In this document: piece after piece, positions 32,334 to 41,814 of the stretch
Numbering within the stretch: position 1 is the stretch's first letter
How the letters are laid out: each line of letters opens with the position of its first letter
From: an uncultured Chloroflexia bacterium
GTDB taxonomy: Bacteria > Chloroflexota > Limnocylindria > Limnocylindrales > CSP1-4
DNA: 64,000 nt
Assembly (NCBI GenBank): GCA_963726055.1
Contig: CAVSAP010000006.1
Span: forward strand, 1,184,884-1,248,883
Direction: 5' to 3'
Program-made: the position numbers and the translations under genes
The notes under the pieces: model-generated
The model's database searches: none
Seen by the model: only the letters and a program-made list of their open reading frames with translations
Told to the model about the DNA's origin: nothing

Positions 32334-32955
32334 TCAACGGGCCATCGCCGCTGCGAGCGCCTCGTCGACGATCGCGTCGTGCGCCTCCCGCGTCTCGACC
32401 GCGCGGATGAAGCTGGCGACCAGCGCGACCCGGACACGGTCGCCGTCGGGCCAGACGATGACGCTCTGGTACGACTCGCCGTTGAGCGCATCGATCCGTG
32501 AGCCCGAGCTTCCGTCGGGGATTGCGACGCTCCCGACCTCGACCGATTCCGTCCGCCTCGCGGCTCGCGCGCCGACCTCGTAGAACTCGGCGACCCACGC
32601 GGCTTCCAGGCGTGGCGCTTCGAAGACCGCGAGCGTCACGCCGCTGTTTGATCCGAGATCCCAGTTCGCGCCGGCGAATCGCACCTCGCGTGACGCCATG
32701 GGTGAAGAGCGTCGCCAGCGCCTTCGGGGTGCAGTTCCGTCCGGAGTCGAGCCGATCCGGGGCACGACCTCGAAACGTGGTCGGGACGATCGCCTCGAGG
32801 TCCGGGTAGGCACCCGGCACGCGTCCATCCGCAGTGCACGGTCCCGAGGGATCGAAGCCTGCCCCGGCGCAGCCGACCAGGCCCGCGAGCAGCGCGGCGA
32901 TGACGACCAGTCCGGGGGCGCGCGCACGGACGAGCGCTGCGAATCGAGGGGGCAC
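32334..32955 (-). CDS. Putative lipoprotein (one +1 frameshift near 32688)
   Basis: Lipobox LAGLVGC; continues EVRFAGANWDLG in the next frame; TATCAT 6 nt before GTG. Confidence 0.7.
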
Positions 32956-33114
32956 CCGGTGATGATACGGCGGCCGGCGGGGTGGCTCTGAAGTGCCGTG
33001 GTGCGTCGGTGCACCTGGTACGAGCGTCCCGGATCGGTGCACCAGTGCGCCCGACCATCGCCGTGCGCCTTTAGGGACGGAGGAGCCATTGAGGTGCGTT
33101 AGACCCAGTCCTAC

Positions 33115-33297
33115 TGTGACACCTGCACCGTAACGCGACGTCGGGAACTACCTGGGGCGTCGGTCACGGATCAACGGTCGGCCTTCGGTTCACCTGATGA
33201 CGGTTCAGATGCCGCGGATCCCGACCCAGATCACGAGCCGAGTAACCACGGATCGTTCGGCCAGCAGGCCCGTCTCGCGTTACGGCAAGAGCTCATC
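33115..33297 (-). ncRNA. ssrS: Probable 6S RNA
   Basis: About 180-nt rod: CCGUAACGCGA/UCGCGUUACGG closing stem, asymmetric central bubble, GGUUAC/GUGACC, GGUCGG/CCGACC, terminal CAUCUGA-ACCGUCA-UCAGGUG with UGAACC. Confidence 0.7.
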
Positions 33298-33397
33298 GCT
33301 CGAATCATTTCGCGCGCATCGGTCGCCTCCCGGGTCTGCGGGGGGCGACCGCCACGTCCGGGCCGTTCGCCCGCCGGCGCGACCGCGGTGAGGCCGA

Positions 33398-34159
33398 TCA
33401 GGCGGAGCGGCCCGGTCTCGAACCAGGAAGGTCACGCGCCGTCGCGTGCTCCCGCCGCGGGATCCCACGGTCGTCGAGATCGGTCTGCAGGACCCTGGCG
33501 GCCGCGACGAGCTCCGGATCGCGGGTGATGGTCTTGGCCAGCCAGTCGATGTACGACGGCTCGAAGGCGGCCACCTCACCGAGCGTGTGCCCGCGAAACT
33601 TCCCGAACTCGAGCTCGAGAACAGCGGCGTCCTTGAGCGCGGGCGGCGGCGGCCGGCGAAAGTCGCGGATCCGGGCCCGCTCGAGTGGGCCGGTCGGGTC
33701 GCTTGCCCGCGGTGGCTCGCGATGATGCTTCGCGAACCGGAGCGGCGGATGGCCAGTCAGGACAGTCGCCCTGGCGGAATCCCCATCGGCGTGCGGGCGA
33801 ATCGGCGCGTTCCGCGGGCGAACGGTGTCCGACATGTCCAGGCGCCCCGTGACCGGCCGGGTCGGCTTCGGCCGGGGTGGGCCGCCGCGCCGCGGCGGTG
33901 CCGCGCCCTGATCGAACGATGCGCCTCCGCCGGCGCTGCCGCGCTCGCCACGCGTGGCCGTAGCGCCGCCGCGAGAAATCGCCGCGTAGGCCTCGTTGAT
34001 TTCGGCCATCTTCCGGGTCGCCACCCGTGACGCCTCGGGGTCGTCGCCGATGAGGTCCGGGTGATGCTGGCGCGCCAGCCGGCGCCACGCGGCCTTGATC
34101 GTGGTCGGCGGCGCGCCGGGCTCGACGCCGAGAACGAGGTAGGGATCGCGTTTCACCAC
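33398..34159 (-). CDS. J-domain protein with C-terminal FGKF-type (DUF3820/ExoX C-terminal-like) domain
   Basis: DPYLVLGV..IKAAWRRLARQHHPD..INEAY; LEFGKFRGHTLGEV...SYIDWL. Confidence 0.82.
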   Translation of the reverse strand: MVKRDPYLVLGVEPGAPPTTIKAAWRRLARQHHPDLIGDDPEASRVATRKMAEINEAYAAISRGGATATRGERGSAGGGASFDQGAAPPRRGGPPRPKPTRPVTGRLDMSDTVRPRNAPIRPHADGDSARATVLTGHPPLRFAKHHREPPRASDPTGPLERARIRDFRRPPPPALKDAAVLELEFGKFRGHTLGEVAAFEPSYIDWLAKTITRDPELVAAARVLQTDLDDRGIPRREHATARDLPGSRPGRSA

Positions 34160-34223
34160 ATCGAGAGTGTAGCCGTGCCGGCCCGCTCAGCCGCCGACCG
34201 GAGCGGGAGCGGCCCGGCCGCGC

Positions 34224-35360
34224 TTGACAGCTCGGCCGGTCGTGCCGTCCCCTGTATGGGTGCCAACGCTCCGTCGGGCCGGCGTCGTAGCTGCGATCGC
34301 CGCTGCCCCACTCGCCCTTGCTTACCGCTTCGCGCTGATCTATCGCGGCCGGGCCGGGTATCCACGTCGCCACGCACCCCTGGTCACGCCCGCGGGCCTC
34401 GGACTTCCGTTCGAGGAGCTCACGGTCCCCGCTCCGGGCACGGACGGTCTCCCCGCGTGGTTCATGCCCGCCCGCGGCGGCGCTCCCGGGCCCGGCGTCG
34501 CACTCGTCCATGGCTGGGAGTCCGCTCGGGACCGAACGCTGCCCATGGCTCAGTTCCTGACTGCCGCCGGGTTCCATTGCCTGACCGTTGACGTCCGGGG
34601 CCATGGCGCCAACCCGGCGGAGACGATGCCGGTGAGTGCGGGCGAGTTCGGGGCGGACGCCCTCGCCGCATTCGAGGCCCTGATCGCCCGACCGGAGGTC
34701 ACGATCGGGGCGATCTCCGGCCACTCGATGGGTGCGATCGGGGCGATCCTCGCCGGCGCAGCGGACGAGCGTGTGGCGGCAGTGGTTGCCACGTCCTCGC
34801 CGGCCGATCCGTATCGGCTGACCCGTCAGACATTCCGCCTGGCCCATCTCCCGATCCCGGACCCGATCGCCTACCCGCTCGCCTGGCTCACAACCCGCGT
34901 CTACCTCAGGCCGCGGGGCCACCGGGTCGCCACGGTGAACGCGTCGACTGCCCTGACCGCCCACGACCGGCCGATCCTGCTCGTCCACGGCGATGCGGAC
35001 GACGTCGTGCCGGTCGTCCACCTCGAACGGCTCCTCCGTACGGCGGCGAAGTCGGGACGATACGTCGAGTCCCTTGTCATCGCCGGCGGGCAACACAGCT
35101 GGCTGTATGAATTCGAGGAGTATCGCCGTGCCGTGGCCGGCTTCCTCGCCAAGGCGCTCGGCGGGCCCTATTCGCCCGCCGAGGCGGCGGACCGTGCCGC
35201 GGCCGTTCCCGCCGAGCGGATCCAGGCCGGGGAACTGCCCTTCGATGCGGTCGAGGCAGAGCCCGGCGGCTTCCGGACGCTGGCCGGAGTGGCACTCCCC
35301 CGCCGCCGACGTCCGGCCGGAGCGGGCGACCCCGATCTCCCGGCGGAGGCGGCCTCGTGA
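34224..35360 (+). CDS. Alpha/beta hydrolase
   Basis: LVHGWES, DVRGHG, GHSMG, VHGDADDVVP, GGQH; start uncertain. Confidence 0.85.
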   Translation: MTARPVVPSPVWVPTLRRAGVVAAIAAAPLALAYRFALIYRGRAGYPRRHAPLVTPAGLGLPFEELTVPAPGTDGLPAWFMPARGGAPGPGVALVHGWESARDRTLPMAQFLTAAGFHCLTVDVRGHGANPAETMPVSAGEFGADALAAFEALIARPEVTIGAISGHSMGAIGAILAGAADERVAAVVATSSPADPYRLTRQTFRLAHLPIPDPIAYPLAWLTTRVYLRPRGHRVATVNASTALTAHDRPILLVHGDADDVVPVVHLERLLRTAAKSGRYVESLVIAGGQHSWLYEFEEYRRAVAGFLAKALGGPYSPAEAADRAAAVPAERIQAGELPFDAVEAEPGGFRTLAGVALPRRRRPAGAGDPDLPAEAAS

Positions 35361-35893
35361 CCGAGCCGACGATGTCCGTCTGGCAGGCAATCTCGACGAA
35401 GCGCGCGGTTCGGGAGTTCGCCGACACTCCGATCGAGCCCGAGCATCTCGATCGGATCCTGCAGGCCGGCCGGCGATCGGGCAGCTCGAAGAACCTCCAG
35501 CGCTGGGACTTCATCGTCTGCCGCGACCGGGATCACCTTCGCGAGCTCGCGTCTGTCGGGCCGTGGGCCGGCCATCTCGCCGGCGCCGCTGTCGGGATCG
35601 CGCTCGTGACGCCCCAGTCGAAAGCCGCCGATGACCCGCTGTCGGTCATGTTCGACCTGGGCCAGGCCGCCGCCTACATGATGCTCACAGCCTGGGAGCT
35701 GGGCATCGGCAGCGTGCCCGCGACGGTCTATGAGCATGATCTCGCCCAGCGGCTGCTCGGCTACCCGGAGACGCATCACTGCGAGTACATCCTCTCGTTC
35801 GGCTACCCGGCCGATCCGGCCGAGCTGACCGCCCCGAACCGCCCCGGCCGCCGCCGGCCCCTCGCAGAGATCGTCCACGAGGAGCGCTGGTAG
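35357..35893 (+). CDS. Nitroreductase family protein
   Basis: KRAVREF, SSKNLQRW, FDLGQAA..MML.A..LGIGS, FGYP. Confidence 0.9.
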   Translation: MTEPTMSVWQAISTKRAVREFADTPIEPEHLDRILQAGRRSGSSKNLQRWDFIVCRDRDHLRELASVGPWAGHLAGAAVGIALVTPQSKAADDPLSVMFDLGQAAAYMMLTAWELGIGSVPATVYEHDLAQRLLGYPETHHCEYILSFGYPADPAELTAPNRPGRRRPLAEIVHEERW

Positions 35894-35952
35894 CGACTGC
35901 CGCGCGGGCGGCGCGGGGCTCGGCGCATGGCGCCCGGTCCGGCAGCGGCTTC

Positions 35953-36118
35953 TGGTCCGGCTGGCGGACCAACGGGCGAAGGACGGATCCGAGCATGGCC
36001 GAGAATCGGCCGCTCCTCTGCCGCCTGGTCCGGTTGTCGGACCAACTAGCGGTCGGCGACCTCCGATCGTAGCCGAATCCGGGGTCTCCCTTCGTCGGTT
36101 GGTCCGGCTGTCGGACCA
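35953..36118. repeat. Three 19-bp palindromes TGGTCCG-N5-CGGACCA (REP-like cluster)
   Basis: Copies at 35953, 36026 and 36100 (period 73/74 bp) between convergent genes. Confidence 0.8.
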
Positions 36119-36134
36119 GGACCGCGGCGACCGC

Positions 36135-37217
36135 CTATTGCCAGCGGAAGTACCGGGCGGCGATGCCGAAACATACGACGAGCCAGCCGACGAGCACCAC
36201 AAAGCAGACCCAGAGTGGCGCGAACGGAATCCCACCGACCATCACCTGTCGGAGCGCGTCGGCGAGATACGTCAGTGGCATCGTCTTGGCGACCGTCTGC
36301 AGCGCGTCCGGCATCGCGAAGATCGGGAAGAACACCCCGGACAGGAACATCAGCGGGAACTGGACAACGCTCGTCATTCCGTTCGCCGACTCCTCGGTCT
36401 TGGCAAACGAGGCGATCACGTAGCCGAGCGCGATGAACGTCACCGACCCGAGCAGGACGAACACCCCGATGAGGAGCCAGCTCCCCGAGACCTGGACGTC
36501 GAAGAACGCGCTTCCGACTCCGATGATGATCGCCGTCTGGCCGACCGCGATGAGGAGCCGCATGAGGATGTTGCTGCCGACGAGCTGCCAGCGTCGGAGC
36601 GGCGTCGCCTGGAGGCGCTTGAGAATGAGCTTCTCCCGGTCCGCGACAAGCGGGATCGCAGCGAACACGCCGAGCTGCATGAGCGACATCCCGAGGATCG
36701 ACGGCACGAGGTAGGAGATGAACGACAGATCGTTCGTCTGGACCGGCTGGAAGTCCGGGGCCACGGCCGGCGGCTGGCCGCTTGCCACCTGGTTCACCTG
36801 GGACAGCACGAATCCAACGAGTTGCCTGGTCGCGCCATCGGCCGCGGACTGCGTCGGATCCGTGTAGACGACGACCATCGCCGGGGCCCCCTTGGCGGCG
36901 ATGCTGTCGGCATAGCCGCTCGGAACGACGATCACGGCCGAAATGTCGCCGTCGCGCATCCTGGCCAGCAGGTTCTCCTCGGTGTCCGCGACGATGTCGA
37001 CGTTTGGTGCCGCCGTGAACGCCTCATTGAGCTGCGCCGACGCGGGCGTGCCATCGAGATCGGCCAGGCCGATGGTCCGCGAATCATCGCCACCCGAGAA
37101 GATCGAGCCGAACAGGAAGACGAAGATCAGCGGGAAGGCAAGCGTCCAGAAGAGCGCCGCTCGGTCTCGGTAGAAGCTCTTGATGTTGGCAACGGTCAGA
37201 AGCAGGAGAGGTCGCAT
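36135..37217 (-). CDS. ABC-2 transporter permease
   Basis: REKLILKRLQATP, FLSGVFFP, PLTYLADALR. Confidence 0.9.
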   Translation of the reverse strand: MRPLLLLTVANIKSFYRDRAALFWTLAFPLIFVFLFGSIFSGGDDSRTIGLADLDGTPASAQLNEAFTAAPNVDIVADTEENLLARMRDGDISAVIVVPSGYADSIAAKGAPAMVVVYTDPTQSAADGATRQLVGFVLSQVNQVASGQPPAVAPDFQPVQTNDLSFISYLVPSILGMSLMQLGVFAAIPLVADREKLILKRLQATPLRRWQLVGSNILMRLLIAVGQTAIIIGVGSAFFDVQVSGSWLLIGVFVLLGSVTFIALGYVIASFAKTEESANGMTSVVQFPLMFLSGVFFPIFAMPDALQTVAKTMPLTYLADALRQVMVGGIPFAPLWVCFVVLVGWLVVCFGIAARYFRWQ

Positions 37218-37229
37218 GAAATCGGGCCC

Positions 37230-38162
37230 TCAGTCGCGCAGCGCCCGGCCGGTCAGGTCGAGGAACACGTCCTCGAGGGTCGCTCGGCGGACCGCCAGAT
37301 TTGCGGGATCGATGCCGAGCCGCTCGGTCGCGGTGAGGACGGCGCCGATCGTCGCCGGCACGTCACGGGTGAAGAGCAGCACCGCACCGCCTTCGTGCTT
37401 GACCGACGTCACACCGGGGAACGCCGCCATCTGCTCGTCGGTCAGGCCCTCGACAGAATCAAACCTGACGGCTCGTTCGTGGAACCGGCGGCTGACGAGC
37501 TCGTCGACCGTCCCCGACTCGAGAATACGGCCATGATCCATGATCGCCAGGCGATCGCACAGCACCTCGGCCTCCTCCATGTAGTGCGTCGTGAGGAGGA
37601 TCGAACGGCCGCGCTGCTTGAGTCCGAGCACGACATCCCAGAGCGCCCGCCGAGCGGCCGGGTCCATGCCCGTCGTCGGCTCGTCGAGGAAGATCATCTC
37701 GGGGTCGTTGACAAGGGCCAGCGCCACCGACAAGCGCTGGCGTTGGCCGCCTGACAGGTCCTGGGTCCGTGTATTTCGCTTCTCGCCGAGATCCATCAGC
37801 TCGACGAGCTCCTCGACCGGCAGTCCATTCGTGTAGAAGCCACGGAACAGCTCGAGCACCTCGACGACGTTGAGCTTCGGGTAGAGGGCGGCCGTCTGGA
37901 GCGAGACGCCGATTCGCGACCTGAGGTCGTCCGGTCGGCGGATGGCGTCCACCCCCAGCACCGTGACCTCGCCCGAATCGGGCTTCCGCAAGCCCTCGAG
38001 GACTTCGACGGTCGTTGTCTTCCCGGCACCGTTCGGGCCGAGCAGCCCGAAGACCTCGCCCGATCGCACCTCGAAGCTGACACCGTCGACGGCGACGAGT
38101 TCGCCGTAGGTCTTGCGAAGGGCGTCGACGCGGATGACGGCGTTGGTTGCCGACGTGGTCAT
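37230..38162 (-). CDS. ABC transporter ATP-binding protein
   Basis: GPNGAGKTT, LSGGQRQR, LDEPT, TLEDVFL; ATG 38162. Confidence 0.93.
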   Translation of the reverse strand: MTTSATNAVIRVDALRKTYGELVAVDGVSFEVRSGEVFGLLGPNGAGKTTTVEVLEGLRKPDSGEVTVLGVDAIRRPDDLRSRIGVSLQTAALYPKLNVVEVLELFRGFYTNGLPVEELVELMDLGEKRNTRTQDLSGGQRQRLSVALALVNDPEMIFLDEPTTGMDPAARRALWDVVLGLKQRGRSILLTTHYMEEAEVLCDRLAIMDHGRILESGTVDELVSRRFHERAVRFDSVEGLTDEQMAAFPGVTSVKHEGGAVLLFTRDVPATIGAVLTATERLGIDPANLAVRRATLEDVFLDLTGRALRD

Positions 38163-38211
38163 GGGTCCGATGGTGACACGAAATCTGTTACGAAGTTGGC
38201 CGGCCGGCAGT

Positions 38212-39477
38212 TCATTGCGCGAGCCGGTCCGCGGCGGCAATCCGCTCGAGGTCGAGCGCAACCGATGGATCCCTGTCAGTTGCCGAGGTCTCCGGGGCGG
38301 GTGCGCCGAGATAGATGTACGCCTCCGTGGCGAGGTCGAGCCCCACGTCGAACCCGGCCGCCTCCGACAGATACCACTTCTGCTCGAGGACGTCGCAGTA
38401 GGCCTGGACGAGGTCACGGCCCGGCCCGACCGTCTCGGAAATCCGTGCCAGCGTCGGCCGGTAGACCTCGCGCAGCCAGCGCTCGGCGGCTGCCTCCGGG
38501 TCGATCGACTGCCCCGCCTGCCATTCGAGCCACGCGTGGTACTCGTTGAGATCGTTGAGGAGCAGTCGGGCCTGGCCCTCGAGCGCCCTGATCCTCGTTC
38601 TGCGCTCGATCTCGCGGGCATGGAACCGGCGAGTCGTCACGTGCATCCGCAACCGAACGAGGCCGTCGCCTGTTGTCGGGTCGAGGGCCAGGTCGACCGA
38701 GTAGCCGAGATCATTCAGCCGCCGGACCCGGGCCCGAATGGCCTGCCGATCACCCGCGTGGAGGACCGGCTCGTCGTGCAGCTCGGCCCAGACGGCGCGG
38801 TAGCGTTCGCGGACGCGCTCTGCGGCCTCGATCGCCTCGTCCGGGTCGGCCGCCTCCTGCATCGCCGCGAGATCCGCCAGGCCGAAGGCGACGTTCTCGA
38901 CGAGGATCTCGACGTCGTACTCGCGCTGACCGTCGGACAGCTGAGCGTGGACCTCGCTCGTCTCGGCGTCGACGAGATACGCCTGGATCCGGTCGCCGTC
39001 CCGTCTGAACAACGTGTTCGCGAGCGAGCAGTCGCCCCAGAAGACGCCGTTGCGATGAAGGTCGACAAGCAGGAATGCCATCGCATCGAGGAGGCGGTCG
39101 CGATGGCGGCTCGGACCCGGTGCGAGCCGCATCAGCAGGCGGCGGTACTGGAGGGACTGGGCGAGGTACTCGGTCGCGAGGATCGCGCTCCCCCGGTCCG
39201 GGGACTCGGCGATGGCGACGGGGCTGACCGCATGGAGGCCCGCCGACTCGAGATGCAGGAGCACGTCGTACTCTCGCCGACCGACGCCGAGCGGCAGCTC
39301 CTTCAGGGCGTAGAGGGTTCCGTCCGCGGCGAGGAACCGGACGAGGTGGCGCGACGGCCCGATCGGAAGCTCGCGGAAGGTGAGGTCTGCCGGCCAATCG
39401 GCGAGAGGTGCCTCCCAGGGCAGCTCGACGAGCGAGATCGCCGGGTCACGGAGACGAAGACGGGGAAAGGTCGACAC
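38212..39477 (-). CDS. DUF4032-domain, Kdo/WaaP-like kinase-fold protein
   Basis: LPW..PL..W, SRHLVRF, YALKE, FWGDCSLANTLFRRD, YLVDAET, VLEQKWYLSE. Confidence 0.82.
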   Translation of the reverse strand: MSTFPRLRLRDPAISLVELPWEAPLADWPADLTFRELPIGPSRHLVRFLAADGTLYALKELPLGVGRREYDVLLHLESAGLHAVSPVAIAESPDRGSAILATEYLAQSLQYRRLLMRLAPGPSRHRDRLLDAMAFLLVDLHRNGVFWGDCSLANTLFRRDGDRIQAYLVDAETSEVHAQLSDGQREYDVEILVENVAFGLADLAAMQEAADPDEAIEAAERVRERYRAVWAELHDEPVLHAGDRQAIRARVRRLNDLGYSVDLALDPTTGDGLVRLRMHVTTRRFHAREIERRTRIRALEGQARLLLNDLNEYHAWLEWQAGQSIDPEAAAERWLREVYRPTLARISETVGPGRDLVQAYCDVLEQKWYLSEAAGFDVGLDLATEAYIYLGAPAPETSATDRDPSVALDLERIAAADRLAQ

Positions 39478-39506
39478 GCTACGGCTGGCTGCCGGGTCGG
39501 AGCGGG

Positions 39507-39947
39507 CTACAGCCGCTTTCGGAGGTAGGCGGCGACCGAACCGTCATAGCCGAGGGCTTCGTACAGGTGCTGCGCGTCCGGGCGGTGGCGTCCCGCGGTC
39601 ACTTCGGCGAACGCCGCCCCCAGCTCGTGGCCGATCCGCTCCGCCTCCTCCATCAGGAGGTGTCCGACGCCTCGCTCACGGACGCCCGCGTCCACCACGA
39701 GCGCCATGACCCGGATGACCCGATCGGAGTGCTCGAACCGGGGCAGGGCGTGGAGCGCGATGAACCCCAGGATCTCGCCTTCGTAGTCGGCGACCACGAC
39801 CCGCGAATGGGGCGAGCCGAACCGTGCCAGACGCTCGACGATGTCGGATGGCCCGGCCGGGTAGCCCTCTTCGGTGAAGAGCGCGGCGATCCGGTCGGCA
39901 TCGGCATCGGTCGCCGTCCGGAGGACGATGCTCTGGCGTTCGATCAT
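39507..39947 (-). CDS. GNAT family N-acetyltransferase
   Basis: LVVD..VRERGVG..LM, LYEALGY. Confidence 0.88.
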   Translation of the reverse strand: MIERQSIVLRTATDADADRIAALFTEEGYPAGPSDIVERLARFGSPHSRVVVADYEGEILGFIALHALPRFEHSDRVIRVMALVVDAGVRERGVGHLLMEEAERIGHELGAAFAEVTAGRHRPDAQHLYEALGYDGSVAAYLRKRL

Positions 39948-40396
39948 CGCTCGATGGTACCCGCTGGGCGATCCACGAGGACGAGGTGAGGCCCGGCCGG
40001 CGCCCCGCCGAGCACGAGTACCGACCGCCCGAACGGTCCGTCCTCCTCGCGGCTCAGGGCGATGCCCGCAGCGTCGGCCCGAGCCCGGACGTTCGCGAAA
40101 CCGTCCATGGTGGCGACGTAGCGTCCGGCCGGCCCCTCCCCCGACTGGGCCAGCGTCGCGGCGATTCGTCCTTCGGTCCGCGGCTCGAGGAGCGCGATCG
40201 GCTCGGCGGCGGGCGGGCGGACGAGCCGGACGGTGGCGCCGAGCAGACGATCGTCGGGGACCTCGTCACCGGTGAGGCCGATCCCGGCAAGGACGCGCTC
40301 GATATCGACGGTCGCCCAGATGACGGCCAGCACCACGGGCTCGGTGCCAGACGGGAGCAGCAGCGTGAGGGCGTCGGTGGCGGGCGATCCGCTCAT
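39944..40396 (-). CDS. Hypothetical protein (VOC-like)
   Basis: WATVDIER, LLEP..EGRIAA.L...GEG; overlaps both neighbours. Confidence 0.65.
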   Translation of the reverse strand: MSGSPATDALTLLLPSGTEPVVLAVIWATVDIERVLAGIGLTGDEVPDDRLLGATVRLVRPPAAEPIALLEPRTEGRIAATLAQSGEGPAGRYVATMDGFANVRARADAAGIALSREEDGPFGRSVLVLGGAPAGPHLVLVDRPAGTIER

Positions 40397-41253
40397 CCGC
40401 GCAGCAGGAGGTCCGGCGCGGGCCCGCCGATCTGGACGAACCCCAGTCCCTCGTACATCCGCCGGGCGACATCGTTGTCCTCGAACACGCCGAGATACGT
40501 CCAGCGACTGCCCGCGTTGATGGCGTCACGAAGGACCGCCGCGCTGACGAGGCGACCCAACCCGAGCCCGCGGAACTGCGGCCGGGTCCCGATCGACGAC
40601 AGGTAGCTCGCCCCGGCGAACGTCGTCCGACGCGCAGCGGCAGCGGGTTCGCCGTCCACGCGGACGAGGCAGGCGTGGAACTCCTCCATCCCGAGCAGGA
40701 CCAGCGTCTCCTGTTCGATCGCGGCGATCCGGTCGGACTGAACACCAAATGCCTCGCCCAGGACGACCGAGATCGACCGGGCGGCCTCGTCGGCGGCCGG
40801 TCCCGCGGTCCGGTGAAGCCGCTCGATCCTCAGCCCATGCGCCGAGCCGATGGCCGTCGTCGGTCCCGTTGCCTTCGAAGCCGGATCGAATGCCATGAGA
40901 ATGCCCGCACCCACGTCCTCGAAGCCGTGCGAGAGGAGCCTGGGCGTCAGGTCCAGTGGCTCGTCGAAGCCTGGGAGCGGCCAGAAGTGCGGGATCCGGT
41001 CGAGCGAACCGAACAGGCTGATCATCTCGGCCAGACGGCGGTCGAACGCTCCCGTCTCAGCCGGCCAGGCGATCCCGGCGACACGATTCCAGAATGGCTC
41101 CCGATCGACCGGATCGTGGAGCATGACCGCGTCGCCGAGTTCGCGGACCTCCCGTCCGACGAGCCCGTGCGATTGCGCCTCGTGCCACGCCAACCAGCGA
41201 GCCTCGGCGGCATCGAGCGCAGCTGGTCGACCTGCAGGAAGGGGCACCATCAC
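40393..41253 (-). CDS. GNAT family N-acetyltransferase
   Basis: IGTRPQFRGLGLG, N..ARRMYEGLGF. Confidence 0.85.
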   Translation of the reverse strand: MMVPLPAGRPAALDAAEARWLAWHEAQSHGLVGREVRELGDAVMLHDPVDREPFWNRVAGIAWPAETGAFDRRLAEMISLFGSLDRIPHFWPLPGFDEPLDLTPRLLSHGFEDVGAGILMAFDPASKATGPTTAIGSAHGLRIERLHRTAGPAADEAARSISVVLGEAFGVQSDRIAAIEQETLVLLGMEEFHACLVRVDGEPAAAARRTTFAGASYLSSIGTRPQFRGLGLGRLVSAAVLRDAINAGSRWTYLGVFEDNDVARRMYEGLGFVQIGGPAPDLLLRG

Positions 41254-41354
41254 GCTCGCACGATACCCGGAGAACCGGTCCCGGCCGATGGGCGTATCGT
41301 TTCAGGTCTGCCGGCCGGCCGCCCAGCCCGGCCCGCGATTGGAGGGAACGCACG

Positions 41355-41778
41355 ATGCGACGTCTCAACCTGGCATCTCTCGCCGTCCTGGCCGTCCTGG
41401 CGCTCGCCGCCTGCGGCGGGGCGGGCACCACGAATGCGCCGGCATCGCAGCCGGCCGCGGCGTCGGAGCCGGCCGTATCGGCTGGCGCTGGTTTGCGCGA
41501 CGGCGCCGGTTCCCGCTGATGCCGACGTGACGGTCGAGATCAAGGACTTCGCGTTCACCCCGGCGCCGGTGACTGCGAAGGTCGGCGACGTGATCGCCTG
41601 GACCAACCAGGACAGCGCACCGCACACGGCCTCGCTCGCCGACGGGTCGTGCGGCACCGAACAGCTCGCGACCGGCTCGACGGGCGCCCTCGTCTTCAGC
41701 GCGGCGGGGACCTACACATACCAGTGCAACGTCCATCCGGGCCAGATGAAGGACTACAAGATCGAGATCACCGAGTAC
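41355..41778 (+). CDS. Cupredoxin (amicyanin/plastocyanin-like) lipoprotein; +1 frameshift near 41492, stop codon apparently corrupted at 41776
   Basis: GGAGG RBS, lipobox LALAAC, FAF.P, WTNQDSAPH, YQCNVHPGQM type-1 Cu ligands. Confidence 0.8.
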
Positions 41779-41814
41779 TCGGTAACTCGCGCGACCTCGA
41801 CCCGCCTCCAGGCG

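Noticed and set aside
33115-33297. SRP RNA or riboswitch
   Set aside because: Lacks the SRP CAGG-GNRA-AGCAG domain IV motif; the single long rod fits 6S better.
35953-36118. CRISPR array
   Set aside because: Only three 19-22-bp units with variable centres, ~54-bp spacers, no AT-rich leader and no cas genes in the window.
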